Shown here: piece after piece, positions 27,006 to 38,958 of the stretch
Layout of the letters: each line of letters begins with the position of its first letter
How positions within the stretch are numbered: the stretch's first letter is position 1
NCBI GenBank assembly: GCA_951406725.2
Contig: OX597822.1
Location: forward strand, 68,634,001 to 68,698,000
Reading direction: 5' to 3'
Origin: Octopus vulgaris
Taxonomy: Eukaryota
Length of the DNA stretch: 64,000 bases
Position numbers and translations under genes: made by a program
Notes under the pieces: model-generated
Databases searched by the model: none
What the model was told of the DNA's origin: nothing
The model's input: only the letters and a program-made list of their open reading frames with translations

Positions 27006-27593
27006 TCACGCGTTATTACATAATTTGAAAAGAAGAGGTGTAGCAGTTGTCATGTGGCTTAACAAGTGAAGTATACTAGAGGATGTGTATCAATATTCTT
27101 CTTGTTAATATCAACTAGTTGCTACACTATACCTAAGCTTACCTGTCATCTGTTACATGTATAGTTTACTCACATTGTCTCACACACATTTATACACACA
27201 CTTGTATAAGTTGATAGACAGATAGATATAGAATGGAAAAATTCCCATATAGGAGGTTTTTTTGGTGTGTGTTTGTTATGTATCGTTTGGTTTGTTTGTC
27301 TTTTTTTGTTGTTGTTGTTGTCATTTTCTTTAATGCTAGGATTGGTAGCAAGTCATAAAAATCTCTGTTACAATTACATGCTCTGAAAACAGACTGCTAC
27401 CACACCCATTGTAAAGTGTGATCAACACATTCTAAAATTGGTCCAGATCTATTCAACAGAAAAAGACAGCAAAATTGTTACAACAAGCAAGGAAAGGAAA
27501 TATGTCTTCAAAGTAATTGAGAAGAATTACATGAATAAGTTGCTTCACTCTGGTACTCCAAGCGGTAACTCAATGAAAGAAAAATAAAAGCAA

Positions 27594-27720
27594 CATCCAC
27601 CCAGCCACCCATCCTTCCACCCACCCAACCACCCAGCCACCCATCCTTCCACCCACCCAACCACCCATCCAGCCACCCACCCACCCAACTACCCATCCAT
27701 CCACAAGCCTATCCATTCAT
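27594..27720. repeat. (CCAN)n tetranucleotide tract
   Basis: CCAC/CCAT/CCAG/CCAA units. Confidence 0.9.
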
Positions 27721-27729
27721 TTGCATCAC

Positions 27730-28320
27730 CCACTATTCCTGAGATTATCATGTGGGTAGAGTCCTCAGGCCCCTCCTGTATAGGGTCCTATCGAAAGTGA
27801 CCATTATTACACTTTCATGCTGGATTCCCAAACATGATCAACTGAAGACTTTGGATATTATCCAACCATCTTGTTCTTGGTCTACTCCTTGTTCTCCTGC
27901 AGTTTGGCTCATCTTGAAGAACCTGTTTAGTGATTCTTTCTTGCGATATTCTAATCACATGTTCACAACAGAGGATCCATGATCTCTCAATGTAGAGAAG
28001 TAGGAGCTTGATCTGGATAGGCTCCCTGATCTTTGCACTACACAACCTGTCGAGTAACATTATTCCAAAGATCTTTTGGAGGAACCTAATTCCAGTCACC
28101 TGAATTTGTGATCATACTTTTCCCAGTCATTACCCAACATTCAAGACCATAGGAAACCAAATTGAGGAAGGAAAATTTGGCTTTTCTACCAACCTCTCTG
28201 CTTCTGACGACTGAATGCTAAAAGCACATAATCGCACCAGTACTTACAATTCTAGCATCCTGCCACCTGTTACTCATGTGTACGGCCCTATGATACTTAA
28301 ACTAAACCACTTGCATCAGT
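27730..28320 (-). mobile_element. Decayed RTE-like LINE 3' fragment
   Basis: ORF 27815-28099 contains HVIRISQERITKQVL...RRTRSRPRTRWLDNI. Confidence 0.75.
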
Positions 28321-28585
28321 AAGTAACAGTGAACAAATAATTAAAAGTAGTGAAAGAGCATTTTGAAGTGTAGGAAAAGCAAATATGATAGTTGAAATAT
28401 TAGACTTCTTATGTTGGGTGGGATTAGAACCTAGCATTTACTAGTAGTTAATTCAAACTAACTAACTATCTGGCTCTCAGATGGTTATGACAATGAGTGT
28501 TTCTGTTGGTCCAACCAATCAATAGAACAATTTGCTTGGGAAATTAATATGCGAGTGGCTGAGCACTCCACAGATGTATGAACCC

Positions 28586-29126
28586 TTAATCCTTTAGCAT
28601 TTAAACCGGCCATATCCGGCCCAGATATTCTACCTGTTTTATGTTGAAACCAGCCAGATCCGGATACTCATAGCTACCTTACAATGACATTCTAAAATTA
28701 ACAATCACATCATCAAAATCTTTAAGCAACAAGAAAATGCATGATTAATTCAAAGCAATGTGAATAAATAATCATTACATTTGACAGAATTTGGAGGCAT
28801 ATGGCCTTGTGGTTAAAGCAGTAGACTCACAGTCGAGGGATTGCAGGTTCGAATCTCAGACCAGGTGGTGTGTATGTTTATGAATGCAACACTTAAGCTC
28901 TGCGTGGCTCTGGCAGAAGGTAATGGCAAACTTCTGCTGACTCTTTCTCCACAACTTCCTCTCACTCTTTCCTCCTGCATCTTGCAGCTCACCTGCAACA
29001 GACCAGCATCCCATCCAGGTGGGGAACCTATACGCCAAGGAAATTGGCCCTTATGAGCCAGGCATGGCTCGAGAAGGAACAGTCAACAACACATTTGATA
29101 GAATAATATGAACACTAAAGGGATAA
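28586..29126 (+). mobile_element. piggyBac-like MITE interrupted by a tRNA-SINE
   Basis: TTAATCCTTTAG...CTAAAGGGATAA termini. The SINE at about 28791-29090 is flanked by a duplicated ACATTTGA(C/T)AGAAT. Confidence 0.7.
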
Positions 29127-29276
29127 CATTGTTTTTAGGGAGATACAGCATGAATCATTTTTGTCAGCCTAGTCAACTGGTGCAATGAGAAATAAAGTGC
29201 CTTGCTCAAGGAAACGATACACCACTGGGAATCAAATTCACAACTTTATAATCATTAATTCAACCAAACAATATTC

Positions 29277-29495
29277 TTTTCTACTCTAGGCACAAGACCC
29301 AAAATTTTGGGGGAGAGGGTGGGGGAAGTTGATTAGATCGACCCCAATATGCAACTGGTACTTAATTTATCGATCCTGAAAGGATGATAGGCAAAGTTGA
29401 CCTCAGTGGTATTTGAACTCAGAACATAAAGACAGACGAAATACTGCTAAGCATTTTGCTTGTCGTGCTAATGTTTCTGCTAGCTCGCCACCTTT
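29277..29495 (-). mobile_element. SINE family B, representative copy (tRNA-like head; central GCCTTTCATCCTTTCGGGGTCGATAAA domain reminiscent of the Meta-domain)
   Basis: Element strand reads GGYGAGCTRGCAGAA..GAGTTCAAAT..CTTTGCCT.TCATCCTTTC. Other copies at approximately 4390(+), 5900(-), 6390(+), 6725(+), 22720(-), 23340(-), 24178(+), 31285(-), 42120(+), 43480(-), 45923(+), 47110(-) and 56545(+). Confidence 0.82.
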
Positions 29496-29559
29496 CAAAC
29501 AAGCAATATTAAAACAAGTTTATTTCTAAAGAGTATCAAACAATGGAATCATCATAATC

Positions 29560-30000
29560 ATCATCATCATTTAACATACATTTTCCATGCTAGCATGGGT
29601 TGGACAGTTCGACCAGGGTCTGGGAAGTCAGAAGGCTGCACCAGGCTCCAGTCTGATCTGGTAGTGTTTCTACAGCTGGATGCCCTTCCTAATGCCAACC
29701 ACTCCGTGAGTGTAGTGGGTGTTTTTTACATTCCACTGGCACAGGGGCCAAAGGAGGCTGGTAACAGCCACCATTGGTTGGTGCTTTTTACGTGCCACCG
29801 GCACAGAAGCCAGTCAGGGTGGCGCTGGCGTCGACCACGTTTGGATGGTGCTTTTTACATGCTACCGACACTGGTATCACAACTACAATTTTCATTTGAT
29901 TTTTATTTTGATGTTGATGTACTTGACTCAATAGGTCTCCTCAAGCACAGCAGGTCGCCCTACGATCCAAGGTAAGCACAGCAAGCCGTCCTGCGATCCA
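29560..30000 (-). mobile_element. LINE-tail-related element with repeated GTGCCGGTGGCACGTAAAAAGCACC modules
   Basis: Reverse complement of the 37414-37600 tail plus an upstream extension shared with 44275-44700. Confidence 0.8.
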
Positions 30001-30720
30001 ATAGATAGTTATAGCTGCAGAGAGTTGTGATGAAATATAGAGCTAAAAATAAAATGCAAACGAATTAAGAAAGGATTGCATTCCACAAACGAGAGATTAA
30101 TTATGATTGATTGCTTCTTTCTTGACACAGGTACAGGCAGCATGACCATGTGGCTGAGAAGCTTGCTTCACAAACCTTTGGTCTTAGGTTCTGTTCCACT
30201 GCACAGCACCTTGAGTGTTTACTACTATAACCCCTGGGTCAGCCAAAACCTTGTGAGTAAATTGGGAAGATGGAGATCGAAAGAGGCCCATCATATGTGT
30301 GTGTATGGGCATGTATGCGCATGTGTCTACCCTCATCTAGACATCACATGATTATCAACAAGTTGTTAATGAATATCATCATCACACAACTGAGTTAATC
30401 ATTTTCAGCTTTCCATGAAAAGGATGTCTAGTTAATTAATATTACCTCGTTTGGAAGGTTTGTGACAGAAAGGACATCTAGCTATAGAAAATCTGCCTCA
30501 ACAAACTCCGTCTGACTTGAGCAGGCATGGAATAGTGGGCATTAAAATGATGATGATTTAATTCTCAATGACCCAGTATCCTTAACAGTAAATAGGTACC
30601 AGGTTGATGTTCGTATATCACTGCAAACAATAAAGACAAACAGTAGGACTTAACAATTGTTAGCTTTGCAACACTAACTTAAAACTGACAGCCCCAAATT
30701 TCTTACAAAATGCTTGGTTA

Positions 30721-31024
30721 CATTATGTATTAGTCAGGGTAGTTGTCCTCATCCTGGTTGTTGCTTTCCACTACATTTCAGCCATGTACACTCCAGCCTT
30801 CTTTGGGTGTCTAGAGATTTACCTTAGCGCCTTGACTGGGATTGTATAGCATAGTGGATAAAGGTGCTAGTTAATGCATGCAGTCACCTAGAGTTTCTGA
30901 GTTCAATCCGAGGCAAGGCACTAAAGAGAATCACAAGAATCTGAAAAAGGCCAGAGCATACAACAGCCAAAATGTGGTGGAAGCAACAATCAAGATGAGG
31001 ACAGTATTCTGATCAATACATAAT
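30721..31024. repeat. Inverted pair of decayed hammerhead-like tails around a tRNA-like head
   Basis: Arms at 30721-30834 and 30914-31024 are reverse complements (GCAACAA.CA.GATGAGGACA). A-box TAGCATAGTGG and B-box GAGTTCAATCC lie between them. Confidence 0.7.
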
Positions 31025-33271
31025 ACAAAATACCTTATTTCAGAAACTACAGACTGTGTTTGGTTATGTGATTAAAAATATTTTGGAAAATAATCAAAAA
31101 TTTCAAGAGATTTCATAAAATACCTGACTTTATCTTTATTAAGCCAGTATTTGAACATGTCCTAATAAAAAAGTTCTTACATTAAATCATAATGGAAAAA
31201 CTTTTATTCAAGTTTGAACACTTAAAATAGGCTGCTTTGTTCTACAGAATTAGAGGCAGTCTTAGATGGGTTAATATTGAATTCAAATTTTAGCAAAAAG
31301 CCAACAATTTCCAGGGAGGAATCAAGTCAATTACTTTAACCCCAGTGTTCAACTGGTATTTACTTTTAAAACTCCCAAAAGGAGGAAAGGCAAAGTCAAC
31401 CTTGGCAGAATTTAAGCTCAGAACCTACAGACGGCCGAAATATTTATTTTTTTACTACTCACAAGGGGCTAAACATAGAGGGGACAAACAAGGACAGACA
31501 AACGGATTAAGCCGATTACATTGACCCCAGTGCGAAACTGGTACTTTATTTAATCGACCCCGAAAGGATGAAAGGCAAAGTTGACCTCGGTGGAATTTGA
31601 ACTCAGAACATAATGACAAACAAAATACCGCTAAGCATTTCACCCGGTATGCTAACGTTTCTGCCAGCTTGCCAGCCTAGAGTACTAACAATACTGCCAA
31701 CTCAATGGATGGGTTAATATCAAAAGGGCTAAGAAATATCTCTATCTGTTTAGTGTACTTCAAGCTTTTAACATCATGAAAACAGAAACAAGCCCTAAAT
31801 TATCTCAAAAGCTACAAAGAAAGGCAAGTCAACTTGGCAACAATCATCTATCTCCAAATTTATTGATTACAGCTATAAATCACAATTATGAGGGAAAAAT
31901 TAAGTAAAATAGCGTAACTGGAAATTGAATATATTCAATTTCTGGCTGTAAAAGATCTGCCTCAACAAATCTGCCTGATTCATGCAAGCATGGAAAAAGT
32001 GGGCATTAAAAACAGTCGTGATCACAGAGACAGCTCCTATCTAAGGCTGTTTTTGGAAGGAATTTTATTAGCAGTGTTGTATGGCTGTAGAAAACTGGGA
32101 CTACGGAGTTACCTAAATCACATTTCTTATAAATGGTTAGTCCACATTATTTTCTGTAAGGAGAATATAGCATGTTTCTTAGTTTCTCAGGCATATACAT
32201 TCCTCACTGGACAGGACACCAGTCTGTCGCAAGATTACTCTCTTTTTTCCCCCCCTGCCCTGGATGGGATGCTAGTCCATTGTAGGATAACTCATCTTTG
32301 CTAGCTGAGTGGACAGGAGCAACATGAAATGATGTGTTTTGGTGAAGAACACAACACATCATTTGGTTTGGGAATTAAAACCACAATCTTAAGATCATGA
32401 GTCCAGCACCCTAACCACTAAGCCATGCACCTCCATGCGTCTCTCAACTTTACTAGTAATTAATTAATAACTTATGGTATAGCAAAGAACACTAACAAAG
32501 TTTGTGTTGTTCTGATGTTTCAATCAGGTTCTTCAAAATAAAATAAAAACTAAAAGAGTACAAGAAAACAGTAAACAAAGTCAAAGACTTTCCACACACT
32601 TCTCACTTCTTCAAAGAAGTGCTTTAACTAAAAAAAAAAAAAAAAATCACCTTTCTTCATGGCATAGAAATTTATTTTAATTTGATATTTAAAATGTAAA
32701 AAAAAAAAAAAAATTTACGCCATTATATTAAAAGGAAAGCATTCAAATGAGTAGGTTGTGTCAACTAGTCTTAAACGACAAGTTTACAATGCCCTGCCGC
32801 TTTTATTTACAACTACCACCTTCTAACTCTTCCTATCTGTCATGAAAGCATAGTCTCAAAGCAGTTGTCTGTAGAAGGATCTGATTACATGAGAGCTCTT
32901 TGCCAACCAACCAACCACCTGTTGTGTTTCCTGCTTTGTCAGAGGTTTTCCTATGCAACTTAAATGTGAGCTAAGTAAGCAGGTAACTGATTTTCAAAAG
33001 TTAGCTTCACAAATAACTAGATCATTCGCATCAGTGATCTTTACAGGCCAAACCCCAATACGCGTTTCGTAATTCCACAATTTAAATAACAACACCAACT
33101 TAAGAAGATTCTATTGCAGTTTTGTTATCAGATCTCTTCACTCATGTAATATTCCATAAAAACGAAGGAAGGAAGGTGGGGTTTCAAACACTACTGTATA
33201 AGTTTTTTAGACAAACTAATGACTTCTAGAGAGAGAGCAACCAATGTATATACTGAGGTATGGTAGTTTGC

Positions 33272-33605
33272 ATAGGAGTTGGCTCAGTAGTCAGAGCATC
33301 AGGCTCACAATCATGAGGTAGTGAGTTCAATTCCTAGACTGGACTGTATGTTGTTTTCTTGAGCAAAACATTTTATTTCACATTGCTCCAATTCACTCAG
33401 CTGTAAAAATGAGTTGCGACATCAGTGGTGTCAAGCTGTATTGGCCTTTGCCTTTCCCTTGGATAACATCGGTGGCCTGAAGAGGGGAGGTTGGTATGTA
33501 TGGGCGGCTGTGGGACTTCCACAAACAACCTTGCCCAGACTTGTGCCTTGGAGGGGAACTTTCTAAGGGCAAACCCATGGACATTCATGACCAAAGCGGG
33601 TCTTT
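33272..33605 (+). mobile_element. tRNA-derived SINE family D, representative copy
   Basis: TGGCTCAGTAG..GAGTTCAATTCC head and a CACTCAGCTG core. Reverse copies or relatives at about 52515-52827, 23598-23845, 32180-32435 and 5490-5632. Confidence 0.7.
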
Positions 33606-33959
33606 ACTCTAGTAGATATACTTTACATGGAGTGAACAAATACCACCTTCAAGGGTTTAGCTAGTTTTATAACAGTTCCTGATATATTTCAGATACATAT
33701 TTTCTCAACCCCCAAGAGGATGTAAGGCAAAGGTGACAAACATAAAAACACATGATGAAATATCACAAAGTAATTTCTCCAATGTTCCATCCATTCTGCC
33801 AGTTCATTGCTTATTGGTGATGCAGGTACACTTATAGTAAAGATTAAAGAAACCCTTTACTGATGAATGACCATAGGATTGCACCTAGAAAGTTACTCTC
33901 CAAAGGGTTTTAGTCAAAGATATCGACCCCAGGAGTTAGTCTTTGTAAGCCAAGTACTT

Positions 33960-34347
33960 ATTCTATCTTTCTTTTACTATTTTACTTGTTTCAGTCATTT
34001 GACTGCGGCCATGCTGGAGCACCGCCTTTAGTCGAGCAAATCAACCCCAGGACTTATTCTTTGTAAGCCTAGTACTTATTCTATCGGTCTCTTTTGCCGA
34101 ACCGCTATATTACAGGGACATAAACACACCAGCATCGGTTGCCAAGCGATGTTTGAGGGGGGGGGGGGACAAACACAGACACACATATATATATATGATG
34201 GGCTTCTTTCAGTTTCCGTCTACTCATAAGGCTTTGGTCAGCCAGAGGCTATAGTAGAAGACACTTACCCAAGGTGGCACGCAGTGGGACTGAACCCGAA
34301 ATCATGTGGTTCATAAGCAAGCTTCTTACCACACAGCCACACCTACA
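33960..34347 (-). mobile_element. SINE family A copy
   Basis: Reverse complement of 43773-44150. Confidence 0.85.
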
Positions 34348-35281
34348 TTTGACAAAGTAATCTGAATACTAAAGGGTTAACCCCCAAGTCAGCTCTGACT
34401 GAACAGACTTATGATCAAAGACTTATGAGACAAGATCAACAAGATTTACTGGAGAGGGGATGGGGTTCTCTCTTTCAAATGCTGTTTCTAGGACTACAAT
34501 ATTTAGCATGCCTTACTTTCTTTTATACTAAAATGGTAGAGTGTGACTTTAGAGAAACTTGTACATAAAGACTTCTTTATGTTCAAGGATATTTCATGGA
34601 GTTACTAGTTTTTAGTATGTACTACCTCTATCTCCTTTCCCTCTGTGTTCATCATATCTGAACTGCAGTGAAGCATGGATTAAATTCATTTGACTTCTGC
34701 TTGAAAACCAAATATCTGATGAGGGCATTGTTCACAAAAGTATTCTATAACAAAAGAGAAAAGAAAGATTGAAAAGAGAACCACACTTGTAAGCTAAGGT
34801 GAAGGTGTTTAGTAGAAAAAGTAAATTTGAAATGGTATTATTTACTACAAGTTAGTGTAATGTCTCATTATAATATAAATAAAACCAGTAAGTTTAGGTA
34901 CCCAAAGCCACCTTTTAAATCATAAGATATGTTTTTTCTGATTCATGTTAAAGACATCTTTACACATCATTTGTGAATTTTAAAATGTAATGTCATTTAA
35001 GGAGAAAAAGGTTTGTCTTTTGAACACCTCATTAACAAAGAATTCAACTGCATTATAGGCAAAGGAGTAGCTGTGTGGTTATGAAGCTTGCTTCCTAACC
35101 ACTGGTCTTGAGTTCAGTCCCACTGTGAAACACCTTGAGTGCGTCTCCAACTAAAATTCTGTGAATGCATTTGGTAGATGGAAACAGAAAGGAGCCTACC
35201 ACATATAAGTGTGTGTGTGTGTGTGTACATATATATACACATATGATGAGCTTCTTTCAGTTTCTGTCTACCAAATCCACC

Positions 35282-35322
<41 letters not shown>

Positions 35323-35326
<4 letters not shown>

Positions 35327-37362
35327 GCAGAAAAGAAGAAGTTTGCCAATGTCCAGCGTCGCGAGGATCAAAGAGCTGAAGTATTTCGGATTGCCAGACA
35401 GTGTGTCAGAGAAAATAGCAATGTTATAGGAGAGAAATGTGTCCGCATGGATGATGGGGCACTTGCTTTTACTACTAGTGAAAAGAAAGAGGCTTGGAGA
35501 AGCCATTATGAAAGACTGCTGAATGAGGAGAATGAATGGGAGGAGGAGAGCCTGCCAAATGTTGACCCAGTAGAGGGACCAGCTACCCGAATAGACAGCT
35601 CCCTTGTAGATAAGGCAATTAAGGATATGAAACCAGGCAAAGCCCCTGGCCTATCAGGAATCACTGCTGAGATGCTTAAAACAGCTGGCTATGTGGGCTA
35701 TGCCATAGTCACCCGCATTGTAAACCAGGTAGTTCACAATGGAGTCATACCCAATGACTGGTGCAGCAGCACCATAGTCAACTGCTACAAGGGTAAGGGT
35801 GATGCTCTAGATAGAAATAACTACAGAGGTATCAAACTGTTGGACCAGGTGATGAAGGTCTCAGAGAAGGTCATAACCAATCTCATTAGGGAGAGAATTT
35901 GTTTAGATGAAATGCAGTTCGGTTTTGTACCAGGTAGAAGCACCACTGATGCTATATTCCTGGTCCGACAACTGCAGGAGAAGTACCTAGCTAAAGATAA
36001 ACCCCTCTACATAGCTTTTGTAGACTTGGAGAAAGCCTTTGACAGGGTTCCCCGTTCCCTTATCTGGTGGTCGATGCGGAAACTGGAGATTGAAGAATGG
36101 CTAATAAGGGCTGTACAGGCTCTATACAGAGAGGCTGTCAGCAAGGTTAGGATTGGCAACGAATATAGTGAAGAATTCCGGGTAGAAGTAGGTGTGCACC
36201 AGGGCTCAGCCCTCAGTCCCCTTTTATTCATCATAGTCCTTCAGGCAATAACAGAGGAATTCAAAACGGGATGCCCCTGGGAGCTCCTCTATGCCGATGA
36301 CCTAGCTCTCATAGCAGAATCACTACCGGAACTAGAAGAGAAATTTCGGGTGTGGAAGCAAGGGTTGGAATCAAAGGGCCTTAGAATAAATGTAGCAAAG
36401 ACCAAAGTATTAGTAAGCAGCAAGAGGTACTCAGCACACATCCCCTCAGGTAGGTGGCCCTGCTCAACCTGTAGGAAAGGTACAGGTAGAAACTCCATAA
36501 GATGCACCCAATGTAAGTTATGGACACATAAGAGGTGCAGCAACATTAAAGGGAAATTAACAGATAAGATAGCTTTCATGTGCGGCAGATGCACAGGGAC
36601 AATAGACACAACAGACACTCAGAAAACAGATTCCATCACACTCCAGGGAGAGAAACTAGAAGTAGTTGATAGTTTCCGCTACCTGGGAGACCAAGTTAGT
36701 AGCGGAGGTGGATGCACAGAGAGTATCACCACTAGAATACGAATAGCCTGGGCAAAGTTCAGAAAGCTCCTACCCCTACTGGCAACAAAAGGTCTCTCCC
36801 TCAGAGCAAAAGGTAGATTGTATGATGCATGTGTGCGAACTGCCATGCTTCACGGTAATGAAACATGGGCTGTGACTGCAGAAGACATGCGTAGACTTGA
36901 AAGAAATGAAGCTAGCATGATCCGCTGGATGTGTAGTGTCAGTGTGCACGCAAAACAGAGTGTAAGTATCCTGAGAGAAATGCTGGATATAAGAAGCATC
37001 AGATGTGGTGTGCAAGAGCGACGCTTGCGATGGTATGGTCATGTGCTGCGGATGGATGAAGAGAGATGTGTGAAGAAGTGCCACTCCCAAACAGTTGAAG
37101 GTATCAGGGGAGAGGTAGACCCAGGAAGACATGGGATGAGGTGGTCAAGCATGACCTCAGAGCATTGGGCCTCACTGAGGCAATGGCGAAGGACCGAGAT
37201 CTCTGGAGATATGCTGTGACTACAAAGACCCGGGCTGCTTTCTGCAGCAATTCCACATACCCCCTACCCATTCTAAGTACCCCGGATCCCCAAAGTACCC
37301 TGGATCCCCAAAGTACCCCGATCCCCAAAGTACCCCGGACCTCGTTGCCCCCGTGCCGCTGA
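35323..37362 (+). pseudogene. Non-LTR reverse transcriptase ORF2 remnant with an internal PHD-type zinc finger and one frameshift near 37110
   Basis: Motifs KAPG, NYRGIKLL, QFGF, FVDLEKAFDRV, GVHQGSALSPLLF, LLYADDL (YADD 36290-36301), FRYLG and RLRWYGHVLRM. The C-terminus GRPRKTWDEVVKHDL...DRDLWR continues in the frame of the 37141 ORF. The first ~53 aa of the 684-aa ORF call are SINE/microsatellite read-through. Confidence 0.92.
37275..37339 (+). repeat. 18-bp tandem repeat (AAGTACCCCGGATCCCCA, about 3.6 copies) at the LINE ORF/3' UTR boundary
   Basis: Units start at 37275, 37293, 37311 and 37328. Confidence 0.9.
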
Positions 37363-37639
37363 CACGTTAAAATGCTCGAACCGATCGTGACGATGCCGGA
37401 CCCTCCGGCCCCTGTGCAGGTGGCACGTAAAAAGCACCCAATCCATTCACGGAGTGGTTGGCGTTAGGAAGGGCATCCAGCCGTAGAAACTCTGCCAGAT
37501 TCAGACTGGAGCCTGGAGCGGCCCCTGGCTTCCCAGACCCGGTCGAACCGTCCAACCCGTGCTAGCGCGGAAAGCGGACGTTAAACGATGATGATGATGA
37601 TATATATATGTATATATACACACACACACATATATATAT

Positions 37640-37831
37640 TCTTTTATTTGTTTCAGTCATTTGACTGCAGCCATGCTGGAGTACAGCCTTTAGTCAAACA
37701 AATCGACCCCAGGACTTATTCTTTGTAAGCCTAGTACTTATTCTATCAGTCTCTTTCGCCAAACCACTAAGTTACAGGGACATACACACACCAACATCAG
37801 TTGTCAAGTGATGGTGGAGAGGGGACAAACT

Positions 37832-37869
<38 letters not shown>

Positions 37870-38030
37870 CGACGGGCTTCTTTCAGATTCCGTCTACCAA
37901 ATCCACTCACAAGGCTTTGGTCGGCCCGAGGCTATAGTAGAAGACACTTGCCCAAGGTGCCACACAGTGGGACTGAACCTGGAACCATGTGGCAGGTAAG
38001 CAAGCTACTTACCACACAGCCACACCTGCG
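37640..38030 (-). mobile_element. SINE family A copy
   Basis: Reverse complement of 43773-44150. Confidence 0.85.
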
Positions 38031-38958
38031 CATATAAATAAAAAATACACATTAAGTACAGGAAAAATACATAAACACATGAGAGAAAAGTACAGGACAT
38101 CGTTTGGTATATATATATATTAAATTAGAGACAAAACCACTATTAGGTAAATATAATTATACTGTAAAATTGGATTTAATCCTAAATCTAATTTTTCCCT
38201 GTAAGTTGTTTTTTTTTCTCTAATTTGTTGCACACACGCATTTTTGCTAATACATACGCGGTGAAGCTACACATTAGCGTCGTATTTTACGTTCGCTATT
38301 TCCAGTAAATATCGGTACTGAGTTGTGCCATTTATTTACTAATTTGTGTATATATATATATATATATATATATAGTTAATCCAAACATGAACAAAGAGAA
38401 AACACAACGACGCAAGGACATGGAACAAGTATAGTGTTATTGGACGCTTAGGAAAAGAAAGAAAGAAGGAGGATTTAATGTTTCGAGCAGAGCTCTTTGT
38501 CAGAAATTTAGAAAAATGGAAAAGTACAAGGAAGGGAAGACAGAGAAAGAAAATCGCCAACGATATACACGCAGTCACATGTGTGTGTGTGTGTATCTTT
38601 GTCAAGACATCATGTAATGGTTGTAAATGACCATCATCATCATCATCATCACACAAGCAGTGTTGTTTGTTTCCAGGCTTGCATGAAAAACATGTCTGGC
38701 CATGGATAACTATTATCTTCCTTGGAAACAGGTGAGGGTTGGCAACTGGAAGGGTATCCAGCTACAAAACTTGCCTCAATAAACTCTATCTGACTCATGC
38801 AAGAGAGGATTAATTAAAAGATAATATTAAAAGATAATGACAATACTACCAACATGACAAATATGATCCATGTTTCTTTACCCAATTTTTGTATTTTTTC
38901 TAACATTTCACACGTTCTTCAGTTTTATAAGGATATAACACCATACAGTCACATAATA

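Larger units (their letters stand above)
35323..37600 (+). mobile_element. 5'-truncated RTE-type non-LTR retrotransposon, young copy
   Basis: Long open RT frame, GC-rich 3' UTR and (GAT)n tail at 37587-37600. (TA)n lies on both sides. The endonuclease domain is missing. Confidence 0.93.

Noticed and set aside
34714-34750. CTGATGAG followed by a small hairpin
   Set aside because: There is no GAAA core after the stem and no stem I or III, so it is likely a chance match.
35165-35322. N-terminal part of the 684-aa ORF
   Set aside because: It derives from a SINE A fragment and (TG)n/(TA)n repeats. LINE-like sequence starts only at about 35323.
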